Shown in pieces: positions 54,812-64,000 of a DNA stretch of 64,000 nucleotides (its first letter is position 1; every line of letters begins with the position of its first letter). The notes beneath the pieces are model-generated. The model did not search any database. It saw only the letters and a program-made list of their open reading frames with translations, and was not told the origin of the DNA. The DNA is from an uncultured Nitrososphaerota archaeon (GTDB lineage Archaea; Thermoproteota; Nitrososphaeria; Nitrososphaerales; Gagatemarchaeaceae). The stretch is taken from the NCBI GenBank assembly GCA_963703285.1, contig OY969807.1, forward strand, positions 1,728,001 through 1,792,000, read 5' to 3'. The position numbers were made by a program, and so were the translations under genes.

Positions 54812-56593
54812 GTGATTCCCGTAGCGATGAACTTCTGTCAGAGCTGCGGGACTCGCATCAAGCTCCCCAGAGGCGGCAAGCCGGTAAAGTTCTGCCCGAG
54901 GTGCGGCGCCAGCGTGACGGGAGGTGAGGATGGTTTCCCCTTCAAGAACAAGAGACCATCGCAGCAGGAGGTCATGGACCAGATCGGTGCCGCCCTCTCG
55001 CAGTCTAAGAGGTTCATCATACTCGAGGCGCCCGTGGGGTTCGGCAAGTCCGCGATCGCGGCCTGGCTGTGCAACCGCCTGGGGTCTGCCTACCTCCTGA
55101 CGTCCACGAAACAGCTCCAGGACCAGTACTCCCTGGACTTCGGTTTCCCCGTCGTGACGGGCAAATCCAACTTCACGTGCCTGGTCCCCACCTCTTCAGG
55201 AAGGTTCCTCCCGTGCAGCAAGGGAAGGTGCGAGGTTGACTGGAGGCTCTCCGAGTGCCCGCACTACCTCACGTTCGAACAGTACGACGAGCACAAGCGG
55301 GGGCTCTGCGGGAAGTCCTCGAAGTGCCAGGGCCTCAAGGACAAGAAGCTGTGCGCGTACTACGAGCAGAAGTGGGACGCGTTCAGGGCGCCCGTCGCGG
55401 TCGCCAACTACCCATTCTTCCTGACAGAGTTGAGACACACCGACGACATCAAGAGGAGGAGGGTCCTGGTCTGCGACGAGGCTCACGACCTCGAGAGGCA
55501 GATGGTCGACGCGGCCTCCTTCTCGCTCGCGAGGTCGGTGATGGAAAGCTACCGACTGGCGAGCAGCCCCCGATCAGCCATCCCCAACAGCGGCCTCGAA
55601 CGGGCGGCCGCTTGGAAGGAGCCCCTGAGCGCGGAGAAGCGCGCTCTCGAGCTCTTCATCGACGCCAACCTCGGCGACAGGACCATGCAGGACCGCGTGG
55701 CCTCCTGCAGGAACGTCCTCGATTCCCTGGAGCGATTCGTTGAGGACCTCGAAGCCCACTCCGACAACTGGATCGTGAACAGCATCAGGGAGGCGGCCAC
55801 TATAGACGGCGAACCGACTGTCGAGGAGGTGGTCTTCCGGCCGTTGGAGATTGGTGCGTACACGTCGTCGCTCTTCGAGACGGCAGAGACGGTGCTGCTG
55901 ATGTCGGCAACGGTCTTCTCGAGCGAGGCGTTCTGCAGGACCTTGGGGATACCGGAGAAGGAGTGCTGCTTCATCAGGGTGAAACAGTCCTCGTTCCCGG
56001 TGGAGAACAGGCGAATCTACGCGATGAACACGGCTCGCCTCAACAGGGCCTCGATGGGTGCCTCCATGGAAGCGATAGCGCAGGCCGTCGACGAACTCAT
56101 GACGCGCCATTCGGGGGAGAGGGGGGTGATTCACACGACCTCCAACTGGCAGGCGAGCTACATCGTGGACCACGTCTCAGAGCCGAACAAAGCTAGGCTC
56201 TCGAGCACGGAGAATGCTTCATCGCGATCGGCTCTCCTCAGGGCGCACGCCTCGACAGAGGAATCGGTGCTGATATCTCCGAGCATGTTCCTTGGCGTGG
56301 ACCTCAAGGACGAGCTGTCGCGGTTCCAGGTCGTCGTCAAGGTCCCGTATCCCGACCTCTCTGACAGGAGGACCAGCATCAAGAGCAGGAGCGACCCCAC
56401 GTGGTACGACTGGCAGACCGCGCTCAGGCTCGTGCAGACCTATGGTCGGAGCGTGAGGAGCGAGACCGACCACGCCGTGACCTACGTCCTTGACTCGAAC
56501 TTCGCGACGTTCGTCCAGAGGAACCGCAACCTGCTTCCAGACTACTTCATCGAGGCAATAGAAGGAGTGGGGAATAGCCGCCGCGACGGCTAG
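54812..56593 (+). CDS. XPD/Rad3/DinG-family helicase with N-terminal zinc ribbon
   Basis: EAPVGFGKS, LQDQY, DEAH, LMSAT, KVPYP, QTYGRSVRSETD. Confidence 0.92.
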   Translation: MIPVAMNFCQSCGTRIKLPRGGKPVKFCPRCGASVTGGEDGFPFKNKRPSQQEVMDQIGAALSQSKRFIILEAPVGFGKSAIAAWLCNRLGSAYLLTSTKQLQDQYSLDFGFPVVTGKSNFTCLVPTSSGRFLPCSKGRCEVDWRLSECPHYLTFEQYDEHKRGLCGKSSKCQGLKDKKLCAYYEQKWDAFRAPVAVANYPFFLTELRHTDDIKRRRVLVCDEAHDLERQMVDAASFSLARSVMESYRLASSPRSAIPNSGLERAAAWKEPLSAEKRALELFIDANLGDRTMQDRVASCRNVLDSLERFVEDLEAHSDNWIVNSIREAATIDGEPTVEEVVFRPLEIGAYTSSLFETAETVLLMSATVFSSEAFCRTLGIPEKECCFIRVKQSSFPVENRRIYAMNTARLNRASMGASMEAIAQAVDELMTRHSGERGVIHTTSNWQASYIVDHVSEPNKARLSSTENASSRSALLRAHASTEESVLISPSMFLGVDLKDELSRFQVVVKVPYPDLSDRRTSIKSRSDPTWYDWQTALRLVQTYGRSVRSETDHAVTYVLDSNFATFVQRNRNLLPDYFIEAIEGVGNSRRDG

Positions 56594-56621
56594 CGACGCG
56601 CTGTCTTCCTTATATAATCCG

Positions 56622-57215
56622 GTGAGACTTCTTACACGAGAAGAGTTGCTCGAGACAAGGGTCGGCGAGATCGCCAACAAGAATCTCGTGACCATCGATG
56701 AGGATGAGTTCGTAGTCTCGGCAGTGAAGCTCATGGTCGAGAGGAACATCGGCAGCGTCATCGTCACGCGCAACAAGCTGCCCGCCGGCATAGTCAGCGA
56801 AAGGGACCTCCTCAGGAAGATTCTCGCCACCGGCAGGTCCATCGAATCGACGAAGGTCGGCGAGATAATGACGCCCGACCCTATCATGATCGAAGAGGAC
56901 CGGCCCCTCGGCGAGGCGATCGACCTGATGGGGAGGAAGAAGACTAGGAGGCTCCTCGTAAGCAAGGAGGGGCAGGTGGTAGGGATCCTCACCCACAGGG
57001 ACGTCCTCAACCTGAACAGGCTCTGCCTATACTGCGGCAAGGAGGTCAAGTCCGTGCTGGAGTTCGGGGAGGCAGCCGAACCCTACATCGAGTGCCAGTG
57101 CGGCTCGAGATACCACGGGAGATGCGCGAACAGCATCGTCAACTGCGTCGACTGCTCCAGGACGCTCGTGGCCAACGTGGTCTACCCCGAACCCTCGGAG
57201 ACGCTGAGCGGTTGA
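56622..57215 (+). CDS. CBS-pair protein with C-terminal Cys/His zinc finger
   Basis: GIVSERD, GILTHRD; CLYC..CQC..H..C..CVDC. Confidence 0.85.
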   Translation: MRLLTREELLETRVGEIANKNLVTIDEDEFVVSAVKLMVERNIGSVIVTRNKLPAGIVSERDLLRKILATGRSIESTKVGEIMTPDPIMIEEDRPLGEAIDLMGRKKTRRLLVSKEGQVVGILTHRDVLNLNRLCLYCGKEVKSVLEFGEAAEPYIECQCGSRYHGRCANSIVNCVDCSRTLVANVVYPEPSETLSG

Positions 57216-57283
57216 ACGACCCTGCATCGCCTACGGGCGCGATTCAAAGTCCATCATCTATAGCGGTCCGCCCAGGTTCGTCC

Positions 57284-58462
57284 ATGGACAAGGCGACCAT
57301 CGTCACCTACCCCGACGAGTTCTCGAAACGGGAGATCACCGAACTCGCCGCGGCTGCTGGTTACTCTGTCCAGGCGCTCATCACCCAGAAGCGCGTCGTG
57401 AAGTCGGAATTCGGCGTGGGGGTGGGCAAGGCCGAGGAGCTGAGGGAGATAGTCAGGGAGAACGGCTCGAAGACCCTGATAATCGACGAGACCCTCACCT
57501 CGGCCCAGGCGTACAAGCTCGCGACCGTCACGCGAGTCGAGATCGTGGACCGCGACAGGCTCGTCCTGAACATCTTCGCGAAGAGGGCCAAGACCACAGA
57601 GGCAAAGCTCCAGGTCCAGCTCGCCGAGCTCAAGTACGAGATGCCTCGGGCGCGCGACGCAGTGCGCTACTCCGTCAATGGAGAACGGACCGGTTTCATG
57701 GGGCTGGGAGAGACGCTCGTGGACACGAAGTTCAAGGCGCTCAAGCGCCGCATGACCACGATCAAGGAGAAGCTCGCGAGGGCCCAGTCGAGCCGCTCAC
57801 TCCACAGGGTCGAGAGGAGGAAGCTCGGGATGCCCCTCGTCTCCCTCGCCGGGTACACCAGCAGCGGGAAGACGACACTCTTCAACAAGCTCGCCTCCGA
57901 GTCGAGGGAGGAGTCACCGAACCTCTTCACCACGCTGACAACGACCACGAGGGCCGTCAGCTTCTCAGACCCGAGAAGGCGGGTCATGCTCTCCGACACC
58001 GTGGGTTTCGTCTCCAGGCTGCCAACCTACATGGTGGAGTCCTTCAAGTCCACCCTCGAAGAGCTCACCTACGCCGACCTCGTGCTTCTCATGCTAGACG
58101 TGAGCGAGGATGCTGAGAGCGTGAGAATCAAGCTCGGAAGCTGCCGTGAGACGCTCGCCGAGCTCAACGTCGATTCGAGCAAGATACTCCTCGTGTTGAA
58201 CAAGATAGACCTCCTCAAGGACGGCAGCGCGAGGGGGATAGAGTCGCTCCCGCTCTTCGGCGAATTCGCGGCGATCAAAGTCTCAGCCCTGCGGGGAGAC
58301 GGTCTTACACAGCTGAAGAATCGGATAATGCAGACGACTTACTCGAGCGACGGCCTATCGCGGAAGCCCCTGGAGGAGAAGGAACGGGTCCAGTCCCAAG
58401 CGATAAACCCCGTGTCTATCGTCGAGGGCGACCAATCGGGCTCACCAGCGTCGGGAGACTGA
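57284..58462 (+). CDS. hflX: GTPase HflX
   Basis: GVGKAEE, EAKLQVQLA, GYTSSGKTTLFN, LFTTL, DTVGF, NKID; ATG 57284. Confidence 0.95.
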   Translation: MDKATIVTYPDEFSKREITELAAAAGYSVQALITQKRVVKSEFGVGVGKAEELREIVRENGSKTLIIDETLTSAQAYKLATVTRVEIVDRDRLVLNIFAKRAKTTEAKLQVQLAELKYEMPRARDAVRYSVNGERTGFMGLGETLVDTKFKALKRRMTTIKEKLARAQSSRSLHRVERRKLGMPLVSLAGYTSSGKTTLFNKLASESREESPNLFTTLTTTTRAVSFSDPRRRVMLSDTVGFVSRLPTYMVESFKSTLEELTYADLVLLMLDVSEDAESVRIKLGSCRETLAELNVDSSKILLVLNKIDLLKDGSARGIESLPLFGEFAAIKVSALRGDGLTQLKNRIMQTTYSSDGLSRKPLEEKERVQSQAINPVSIVEGDQSGSPASGD

Positions 58463-58524
58463 CATCAGCACGGCAGATCGCCCCGGTGGTCTTCAAAAAG
58501 ACGCCGGAGATTCAATCTTGCCGA

Positions 58525-58998
58525 ATGAAAGCGGTCACCCACTACCTCTTCTCTGCTGGCGTGTCGCTGGGGCTGTTATCGCTATCGCGCTCCCTGAACC
58601 TCGGGACCGCCATCCTGGCTCTTTGGCTCTCGCTGTCGATCAACTACATCGTCGACGCGTTGGGGCATGTCTCCCGTGACGGCAACCCGACGAGGACGTG
58701 GCTGACACACTCCATCGTCACCGCGCCCCTATGGGGGGCCGCCGTCGCGGTCGCCTCGATCACCGTCCTCTCTCAGGCTTCCGGTTCGTCGACGCCCTGG
58801 AACGCGCTGGCCCCCTGGACGGCCATGGGCGCCCTCATCTCGGCGGGGCACCTCTTCCTAGACAGTCTGACACAGGCGGGAATCTACTCGTTAAGGAGGC
58901 GGATAGCGATCGCACACTTCCGCTACGACAACCTGGCCCTGAACCTGGGATTCTCCCTCCTCGGGGCGCTTCTGCTCGCGCTCACATTGGGACTGTGA
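58525..58998 (+). CDS. DUF1286 / YdjM-like membrane metal-dependent hydrolase
   Basis: THY, DALGH, RTWLTHS, HLFLDSLT..G. Confidence 0.8.
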   Translation: MKAVTHYLFSAGVSLGLLSLSRSLNLGTAILALWLSLSINYIVDALGHVSRDGNPTRTWLTHSIVTAPLWGAAVAVASITVLSQASGSSTPWNALAPWTAMGALISAGHLFLDSLTQAGIYSLRRRIAIAHFRYDNLALNLGFSLLGALLLALTLGL

Positions 58999-59017
58999 TT
59001 CAACGCGGAGACGCTCA

Positions 59018-59557
59018 GTGAATTCACAACAGACTTATCCTGATTCGGCGAACCTCCCGAGCACGTTGAAAGACACGAAGCTGGACGTCGAGATACGGCG
59101 CAACGCCGAAGTCAAGCTCTTCCCCTTCACCGACTACTTCGTGGGCTTCGAGAAGGTCGCAGCGGTGAGGTCGCTGTTCGGCGCGAAGACGGCGAGGGTC
59201 CTGAGGGACCTGAAGGTGGAGTTCTTCTCCCAGCGGTTCGGGTACATGAGCGTCAGCGACGACGACGGACACCTGGTGGTCAGCACCCATCACCTGAAGA
59301 ACGCCGAAGAGAAGGTGCTCTATCTCGACGTAGTCCACGAGCTGTTCCACGTGAAGCAGTTCATGGAAGGCAAGAATCTCTTCCAGAGCGAATTCGAGTA
59401 CGTTGACAGCCCGATAGAGGTCCCTGCCTACAAGTTCACCGTCGAGGAGGCGAGGCGAATCGGGATGAAGTCTGACGAGATTATCGAGTACCTGAAGGTA
59501 GAGTGGGTCACCGAGGAGCAGCACGCCCGCCTTCTGAAGACGCTGGCGCTGTCATAA
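59018..59557 (+). CDS. HExxH zincin-like protein
   Basis: VVHELFHVKQ..EVPAY. Confidence 0.75.
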   Translation: MNSQQTYPDSANLPSTLKDTKLDVEIRRNAEVKLFPFTDYFVGFEKVAAVRSLFGAKTARVLRDLKVEFFSQRFGYMSVSDDDGHLVVSTHHLKNAEEKVLYLDVVHELFHVKQFMEGKNLFQSEFEYVDSPIEVPAYKFTVEEARRIGMKSDEIIEYLKVEWVTEEQHARLLKTLALS

Positions 59558-59655
59558 CCACCGCAACCTGTTTGGGTTCCCGCGTCTCGTCGGAGAATCC
59601 GGCACCGGGCGCCTAGCTAAAAAGGAGGGCGCTGGAGGTCTCCGGCGAGCTGAAC

Positions 59656-59877
59656 TTGAAGAACCAGAGGGACGCATACAGAGATGCCATAGACAGGGTC
59701 CGCTCGGCGCACCGCGACTCCGTCGCCTCGGCGCACAGCACCATGGTGTGCCCTCGCTGCAGGACGAAGCAGGTCATCAACGACGTCCCGGGCCAGCGTA
59801 CCTGCCTGAGGTGCGGCTACGAGTTCAGGCCGGCCACGCGGGCGAGCGGGGGACCCTCCTCCGGGCTCCTCAGATAG
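59656..59877 (+). CDS. small zinc-ribbon protein
   Basis: CPRC..CLRCGYEF. Confidence 0.65.
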   Translation: MKNQRDAYRDAIDRVRSAHRDSVASAHSTMVCPRCRTKQVINDVPGQRTCLRCGYEFRPATRASGGPSSGLLR

Positions 59878-59917
59878 GCTATTAGCCACGGCAGGGACAA
59901 TTCTGCGGAGGCTTCAG

Positions 59918-60241
59918 GTGACTGGGTTGACGAAGTCATGGACATCGGGGGACAAGGGCTCGGAGGCCGTCGACAAGCTCAGGACACAGGTCACAGAGAT
60001 CGAGAGGAAGCTGGAGGAGCTGGTCGAGAAGAACGAGCGGCAGGTGTTCGACTGGGCGTCGTTCGTCCTCGGGTCGCCCACGGCCCCTGCGACTGTGAGG
60101 AACCTGCGCGACCATCAGGCGAGCCAGGAAATCAAGGATGTCATCGCTCTCTACGACCTCCTGAGACAGCAGTTACTTGACAAGGAGGCCATGCTCAACG
60201 AGAAGCTGGACGAACAGGCTCGGTACGATTCTCTCGGCTAG
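59918..60241 (+). CDS. coiled-coil hypothetical protein
   Basis: Heptad-like Leu/Glu/Lys pattern, GC3 bias. Confidence 0.6.
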   Translation: MTGLTKSWTSGDKGSEAVDKLRTQVTEIERKLEELVEKNERQVFDWASFVLGSPTAPATVRNLRDHQASQEIKDVIALYDLLRQQLLDKEAMLNEKLDEQARYDSLG

Positions 60242-60321
60242 CCGACCGAAGAGATTTCGGGGACGCAGCCGTGAATAGCCGCCTGCGTCCGCGCGCTGAA
60301 GCGCCGGGTCAAGCCGCGTGC

Positions 60322-60552
60322 CTAGCGGCCCTTCCAGGCCTTGGCCCTCTGGCAGAAGGCTTGCATCTCATCCTCCGTCCGAGGGCAGCTCTTGTAGTGG
60401 AGGGAGATCTCCCTGATGGCCTCTTCGATGGGCGTCGGCGCGCCCGGACACCAGGCATCCAGTTGCGAACGGATTTCCGTCAGGTATTGCCAGATGTCCG
60501 AAGGTATCACCACAGAGACGCCTGTCTTGCTCGTCTTCATGTTCCTGCTCAC
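60322..60552 (-). CDS. small hypothetical protein (RHH-like N-terminus)
   Basis: VSVVIPSDIWQYLTEI strand-helix pattern. Confidence 0.55.
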   Translation of the reverse strand: MSRNMKTSKTGVSVVIPSDIWQYLTEIRSQLDAWCPGAPTPIEEAIREISLHYKSCPRTEDEMQAFCQRAKAWKGR

Positions 60553-60614
60553 AACACGGGCTTATTTCTGGCTTTGGTGGGACCCGCCCACCGGTCCCCC
60601 CGTCGCATGCGGCG

Positions 60615-60938
60615 CTAGTGCATCTGCTGAGCCGGTGTCTTGGGTCTCTCGGCGATGGAGGCAAGGACGACGCCGATGATCGAGATGACGACCAATCCGG
60701 CCGTGTACTGGACGGGCAGGATGATGAAGGTGGACAGGACCGCCACTATGATTCCGAATCCGACGTCATAGAGCCTGTCCCTTCTGTTGGCGAAGGCGAC
60801 CCCGAACGCGATGGCCCAGAGGCCACCCAGGAGCAGGACCAGCGAAGCCGACTGCGCGACGTCGACAACACCGAACAGGAGGAGCGCGAGCGGTATCAGC
60901 ACGCAGAGAAGCAGGCCTATCCCAAATCCAACCCTCAA
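60615..60938 (-). CDS. four-TM membrane protein
   Basis: Hydrophobic throughout. Confidence 0.7.
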   Translation of the reverse strand: MRVGFGIGLLLCVLIPLALLLFGVVDVAQSASLVLLLGGLWAIAFGVAFANRRDRLYDVGFGIIVAVLSTFIILPVQYTAGLVVISIIGVVLASIAERPKTPAQQMH

Positions 60939-61017
60939 ACTTTCTCGTCCCTGCCTGCGGAAAAGACTCCTTCCGGTATTTAGGCGATGCGGCTCGGCCT
61001 CCTTGCCGGGGCGGAGG

Positions 61018-61230
61018 TCATCCGGCGACCGCGTAGCGCCTGAACTGGCCCCTGATCCAAGGCCTGCCGAACATGAGCGCCAAACCGATGATTATCAGGA
61101 GGAAGGCTATGACGAGGCCGAGGATGCCGACGAGGGCGACGATCACCTGGACGAGAAGGTGTCTCAGCACGAACAGGAGGAGCAGCCCTGCTATCAGGAA
61201 CACAACCCCGGCCACCTCCGACGCTCGCAC
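61018..61230 (-). CDS. small membrane protein
   Basis: Two long hydrophobic segments, basic C-terminus. Confidence 0.65.
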   Translation of the reverse strand: MRASEVAGVVFLIAGLLLLFVLRHLLVQVIVALVGILGLVIAFLLIIIGLALMFGRPWIRGQFRRYAVAG

Positions 61231-61329
61231 ACGTTTTTCTCGGGCAATCGCTATTTAGTGCTTCTGAGGGCTTAGTCTCCCGGCCGCCTGACAAGGTTAT
61301 CAACAAGTACGGCGCGACAAGCGAAGTCG

Positions 61330-61707
61330 ATGGACCCGACCCGGCGCAAGTTCTACCTCACAACGATAGCCGTCTTCGTGGCCATAGGGCTCTTCGTGGC
61401 CGCCTCATTCGTCTACACCGACTACAGCTTTGTGGGCATCGAGATCACCGGCTCGAGCCGCGCATACTTCGTCCTGTCCTACGATTCGACGAACACCACC
61501 ATCCATTACTCCCAGAACGTCACCGTCGACGTCCTCCCCCACGTGGACGTAACGATAGCTGCGTATCTCAATTCGTCCGTCACGCTCTCCAGCTGGCGGG
61601 TCTCCGGGGCCGAGGTCGTGGGAACGGGCAACGACACCGTCAGCCTCCTGACCGGCCAGGGAGGCGGCACCGTCAAGGTCACGGCCATCCTGACGACTGG
61701 GTCCTGA
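61330..61707 (+). CDS. N-terminally anchored extracellular beta-sandwich protein
   Basis: RRK + TM followed by beta-rich domain with N-x-S/T sites. Confidence 0.7.
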   Translation: MDPTRRKFYLTTIAVFVAIGLFVAASFVYTDYSFVGIEITGSSRAYFVLSYDSTNTTIHYSQNVTVDVLPHVDVTIAAYLNSSVTLSSWRVSGAEVVGTGNDTVSLLTGQGGGTVKVTAILTTGS

Positions 61708-61732
61708 CTCCTCGGGCAGACCGATGCCGCGC

Positions 61733-62299
61733 CTAGGGCTCGGCGAGCATGCTCGAGTACTTCTTCCTGAGCTTTGCGACCTTCGGGGCTATAACGAACA
61801 TGCAGTAACCCCGTCCAGGGTTCTTCTCGTAGTACCCCTGATGGTAGTCCTCGGCCTTGTAGAAGGTCGCCAGCGGCTTGAGCTCCGACACGATCGGGGC
61901 TCCCCAGACCTTCTGTGAGTCGAGCTCGCGCATCACGTCCTCGGCGACGGCCTTCTGTCCTTCGTCGAGGTAGAATATCACCGACCGGTACTGGGTCCCC
62001 ACGTCGGCTCCCTGCCGGTTCGGCGTCGTAGGGTCGTGGAAGGCGAAGAAGACCTCGAGTAGCTGCCTGTACGATATCACCTTCGGGTCGTAGGTGACCT
62101 TCACAGTCTCGGCGTGTCCCGTGTCTCCCTCGCAGACCCGCTCGTAGGTCGGATTGGGCACGGTCCCGCCGGAGAAACCCGATTCCACGCTCTTGACACC
62201 CCTGAGCCTCGAGAAGATTGTCTCGAAACACCAGAAGCAGCCGCCGCCGAGGTAGGCCGTCTCCGTGTGAGAGTCGCCTGTCTCTTGCTTCGCCATCAC
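61733..62299 (-). CDS. msrA: peptide methionine sulfoxide reductase A
   Basis: GGGCFWC, TGHAE, HDPT, QYRS, AEDYHQ. Confidence 0.97.
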   Translation of the reverse strand: MMAKQETGDSHTETAYLGGGCFWCFETIFSRLRGVKSVESGFSGGTVPNPTYERVCEGDTGHAETVKVTYDPKVISYRQLLEVFFAFHDPTTPNRQGADVGTQYRSVIFYLDEGQKAVAEDVMRELDSQKVWGAPIVSELKPLATFYKAEDYHQGYYEKNPGRGYCMFVIAPKVAKLRKKYSSMLAEP

Positions 62300-62399
62300 G
62301 CTGTCTTCGCGATCCCCCGGAGCCCTATAAACGCTTGGAGGGCCGTGGACGCCCTTTTAGGCGCCCTAGGTTAAGTACGGGACCGGGCTTCTTCTTATC

Positions 62400-63377
62400 G
62401 TGGCAGCCCTAGCGGTGTACATCGTTCTCGTCGTGGCCGCTGTCCTCTCGTTCACATCGGCCCTGGTGGAGGCGACCTACCTCTCGGTGAAACAGGTCTC
62501 CCTCTTCTCGATGCAGCAGGACGGCTCGAGCAAGGCGAGGGCGGCGCTCAGGATAACCAACGAGAAGACCAAGCTCGTCAGCGTCACGACGCTCATCGGC
62601 ACCATCTCCAACGTGGCTCTCGCCACCACGGCGGCAATCATCCTCTCGGAGGCGTTCGGGCCGGTCGGGTGGCTCGTGAGCGTCGTCCTCGGCTCGATCA
62701 TCATAATGATCTTCCTCGACCTGGTTCCCAAGACGATAGGGATCGAGGACCCCGTCGGGAAGGCCATCTCCCTCGCATCAGGTGTTGCCGGCGCAGAGAG
62801 GGCCCTCTCTCCCATAGCCCAGCCCCTCATGAACGCATCCAGAAGGATAGCCACCTCGCTCAGCGGGAAGCCCACATACAGCGTGGAAGACATATCCGAG
62901 GAGCTCGAGAGCAGGATCGAGATGCTGGAGGCGGACGGGCGAATTGAACCCGACGCCGGGCGGATTCTCAGGACGACGCTCGCGTCGTCGAAGTACGACG
63001 TCAAAGACGCGGCCACCCCCATCGAGAAAGTCACCGCGGTGGACTCCGAGACGACCGTGCTGGAGGCGCTCAAGGCCATGGGGTCTTCGCGCCACCCCTG
63101 GATTCCCGTCTTCGGGAGGGACACCGGGGAGTTCGTGGGGGTTGTAACCTTCCGCTCCCTCACCAGGGGGCTGACGGAGGGGAGGCTCGACCAGCCCATC
63201 TCGGGTTCGGTCCACCAGGCCGCGAGGGTCGACGCCGACGAGTCGATAGCCAAGGTAGCCGATAGCATGAGCAGACAGGGCGCGACCATAGCCTTCGTCT
63301 ACCGGCAGGGGAAGATGATAGGAGTGATAACGTTCAGCGACCTCCTGGAGCGGATTCTAGGGTTCAAGGCCGCCTGA
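62400..63377 (+). CDS. CNNM (DUF21) + CBS domain membrane protein
   Basis: SALVEATYLS, LIGTISN, DLVPKTIG, CBS pair, DLLERILG. Confidence 0.88.
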   Translation: MAALAVYIVLVVAAVLSFTSALVEATYLSVKQVSLFSMQQDGSSKARAALRITNEKTKLVSVTTLIGTISNVALATTAAIILSEAFGPVGWLVSVVLGSIIIMIFLDLVPKTIGIEDPVGKAISLASGVAGAERALSPIAQPLMNASRRIATSLSGKPTYSVEDISEELESRIEMLEADGRIEPDAGRILRTTLASSKYDVKDAATPIEKVTAVDSETTVLEALKAMGSSRHPWIPVFGRDTGEFVGVVTFRSLTRGLTEGRLDQPISGSVHQAARVDADESIAKVADSMSRQGATIAFVYRQGKMIGVITFSDLLERILGFKAA

Positions 63378-63447
63378 CCCGCAAGAGGCTCCTGCCGCCA
63401 GGGCCACCGGGAAAACCAATAAAGTGCACATCGTCACGTCAAACCTC

Positions 63448-63579
63448 GTGCCCATCTGTCCGAAGTGCCGGAAGCTGATCAGCCCCAAGAACTACGCGAG
63501 GCACCTCAGACGGTGCGGCGTCACCCACAAGCGCCCGCCGACCAGCCTCGACCAGTCCGAGTTCTTCATGAGGATCTGA
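63448..63579 (+). CDS. 43-aa C2HC zinc-finger protein (not in ORF track)
   Basis: GTG start; PICPKCRKLISPKNYARHLRRCG..; AATAAA about 28 nt upstream. Confidence 0.7.
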   Translation: MPICPKCRKLISPKNYARHLRRCGVTHKRPPTSLDQSEFFMRI

Positions 63580-63731
63580 CCCGAGCTTCTCCGAGCCTGC
63601 CGCCGCACGGCGGCGAGCAACGGGCGCCTCCAGGGTTTGCCGACGATATGGCTTCGACCACAACATACCTGTTGGTGAAGGGATTTTCACAAGCGACAAC
63701 ATAACCCCCGGACGACCCAAAGTCGTCGGTC

Positions 63732-64000
63732 ATGTCACAATTCTCCGACAACTGGGACTCGAAGAAGGCTCCCGGGATAGGAAGCAGAATAAGGGGAAGA
63801 TTCAACAATCCGGGACCCCTCAAACCCCGACTGGACGATGCGACCCGTCAGATACAGGGCGTCATGGCGAAGCTAGACGCGACGATATTCAAGCTCAGGG
63901 AGAGGGACACCTTTCTCTTCAACAGGATAGTTTCTTCGGTGCAGAAGAGGGACTCCCAGAGAGCCTCGATGTTCGCAAACGAACTCGCCGAGCTCAGGAA
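63732..64000 (+). CDS. cdvB: CdvB / ESCRT-III (Snf7) family protein, runs off the window
   Basis: Hand translation MSQFSDNW..PGPLKPRL..KLRERDTFLFNRIV..RASMFANELAELR; specific paralog not determinable. Confidence 0.88.
   Translation, partial: MSQFSDNWDSKKAPGIGSRIRGRFNNPGPLKPRLDDATRQIQGVMAKLDATIFKLRERDTFLFNRIVSSVQKRDSQRASMFANELAELR

Overview
GC-rich archaeal chromosomal window, most consistent with a non-ammonia-oxidising Nitrososphaerota (Thaumarchaeota group I.1c / Conexivisphaerales-like) lineage. Evidence: thaumarchaeal-type CdvB/ESCRT-III and Pus10, BHB tRNA introns, thermopsin, and largely leaderless TATA promoters. Core blocks: srp54-pus10-rpl21e-rpo4-DUF655-rsmA-trmJ, plus trm11, dph6, aIF5A, nob1, pncB-pncA, XPD/DinG helicase, hflX, msrA and cdvB. 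Accessory blocks lie at about 1-18 kb and 30-48 kb. Best candidate novel system: two paralogous tandem-Lrp/AsnC-like regulators (8255-9352, 13245-14447), each beside a small secreted-peptide gene (8104-8250, missed by the ORF track, and 14669-14965). Each peptide gene has a 15-bp palindrome about 20 bp upstream of its TATA box, and a membrane-anchored thermopsin protease lies between the two pairs. This suggests archaeal peptide signalling. Second candidate: a MarR-led operon of a B12-radical SAM enzyme and a GDGT ring synthase (Grs)-like enzyme, divergent from a DHA2 efflux pump. Also found: tRNA-Ala with a 45/46 intron, tRNA-His with two introns (15/16, 37/38), a candidate C/D box guide RNA for the 23S peptidyl-transferase region, a K-turn ncRNA candidate, a solo TnpB between pncB and a decayed nadE, an ISH3-like remnant and several pseudogenes. 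All family calls come from motif recognition by eye; no searches were run.
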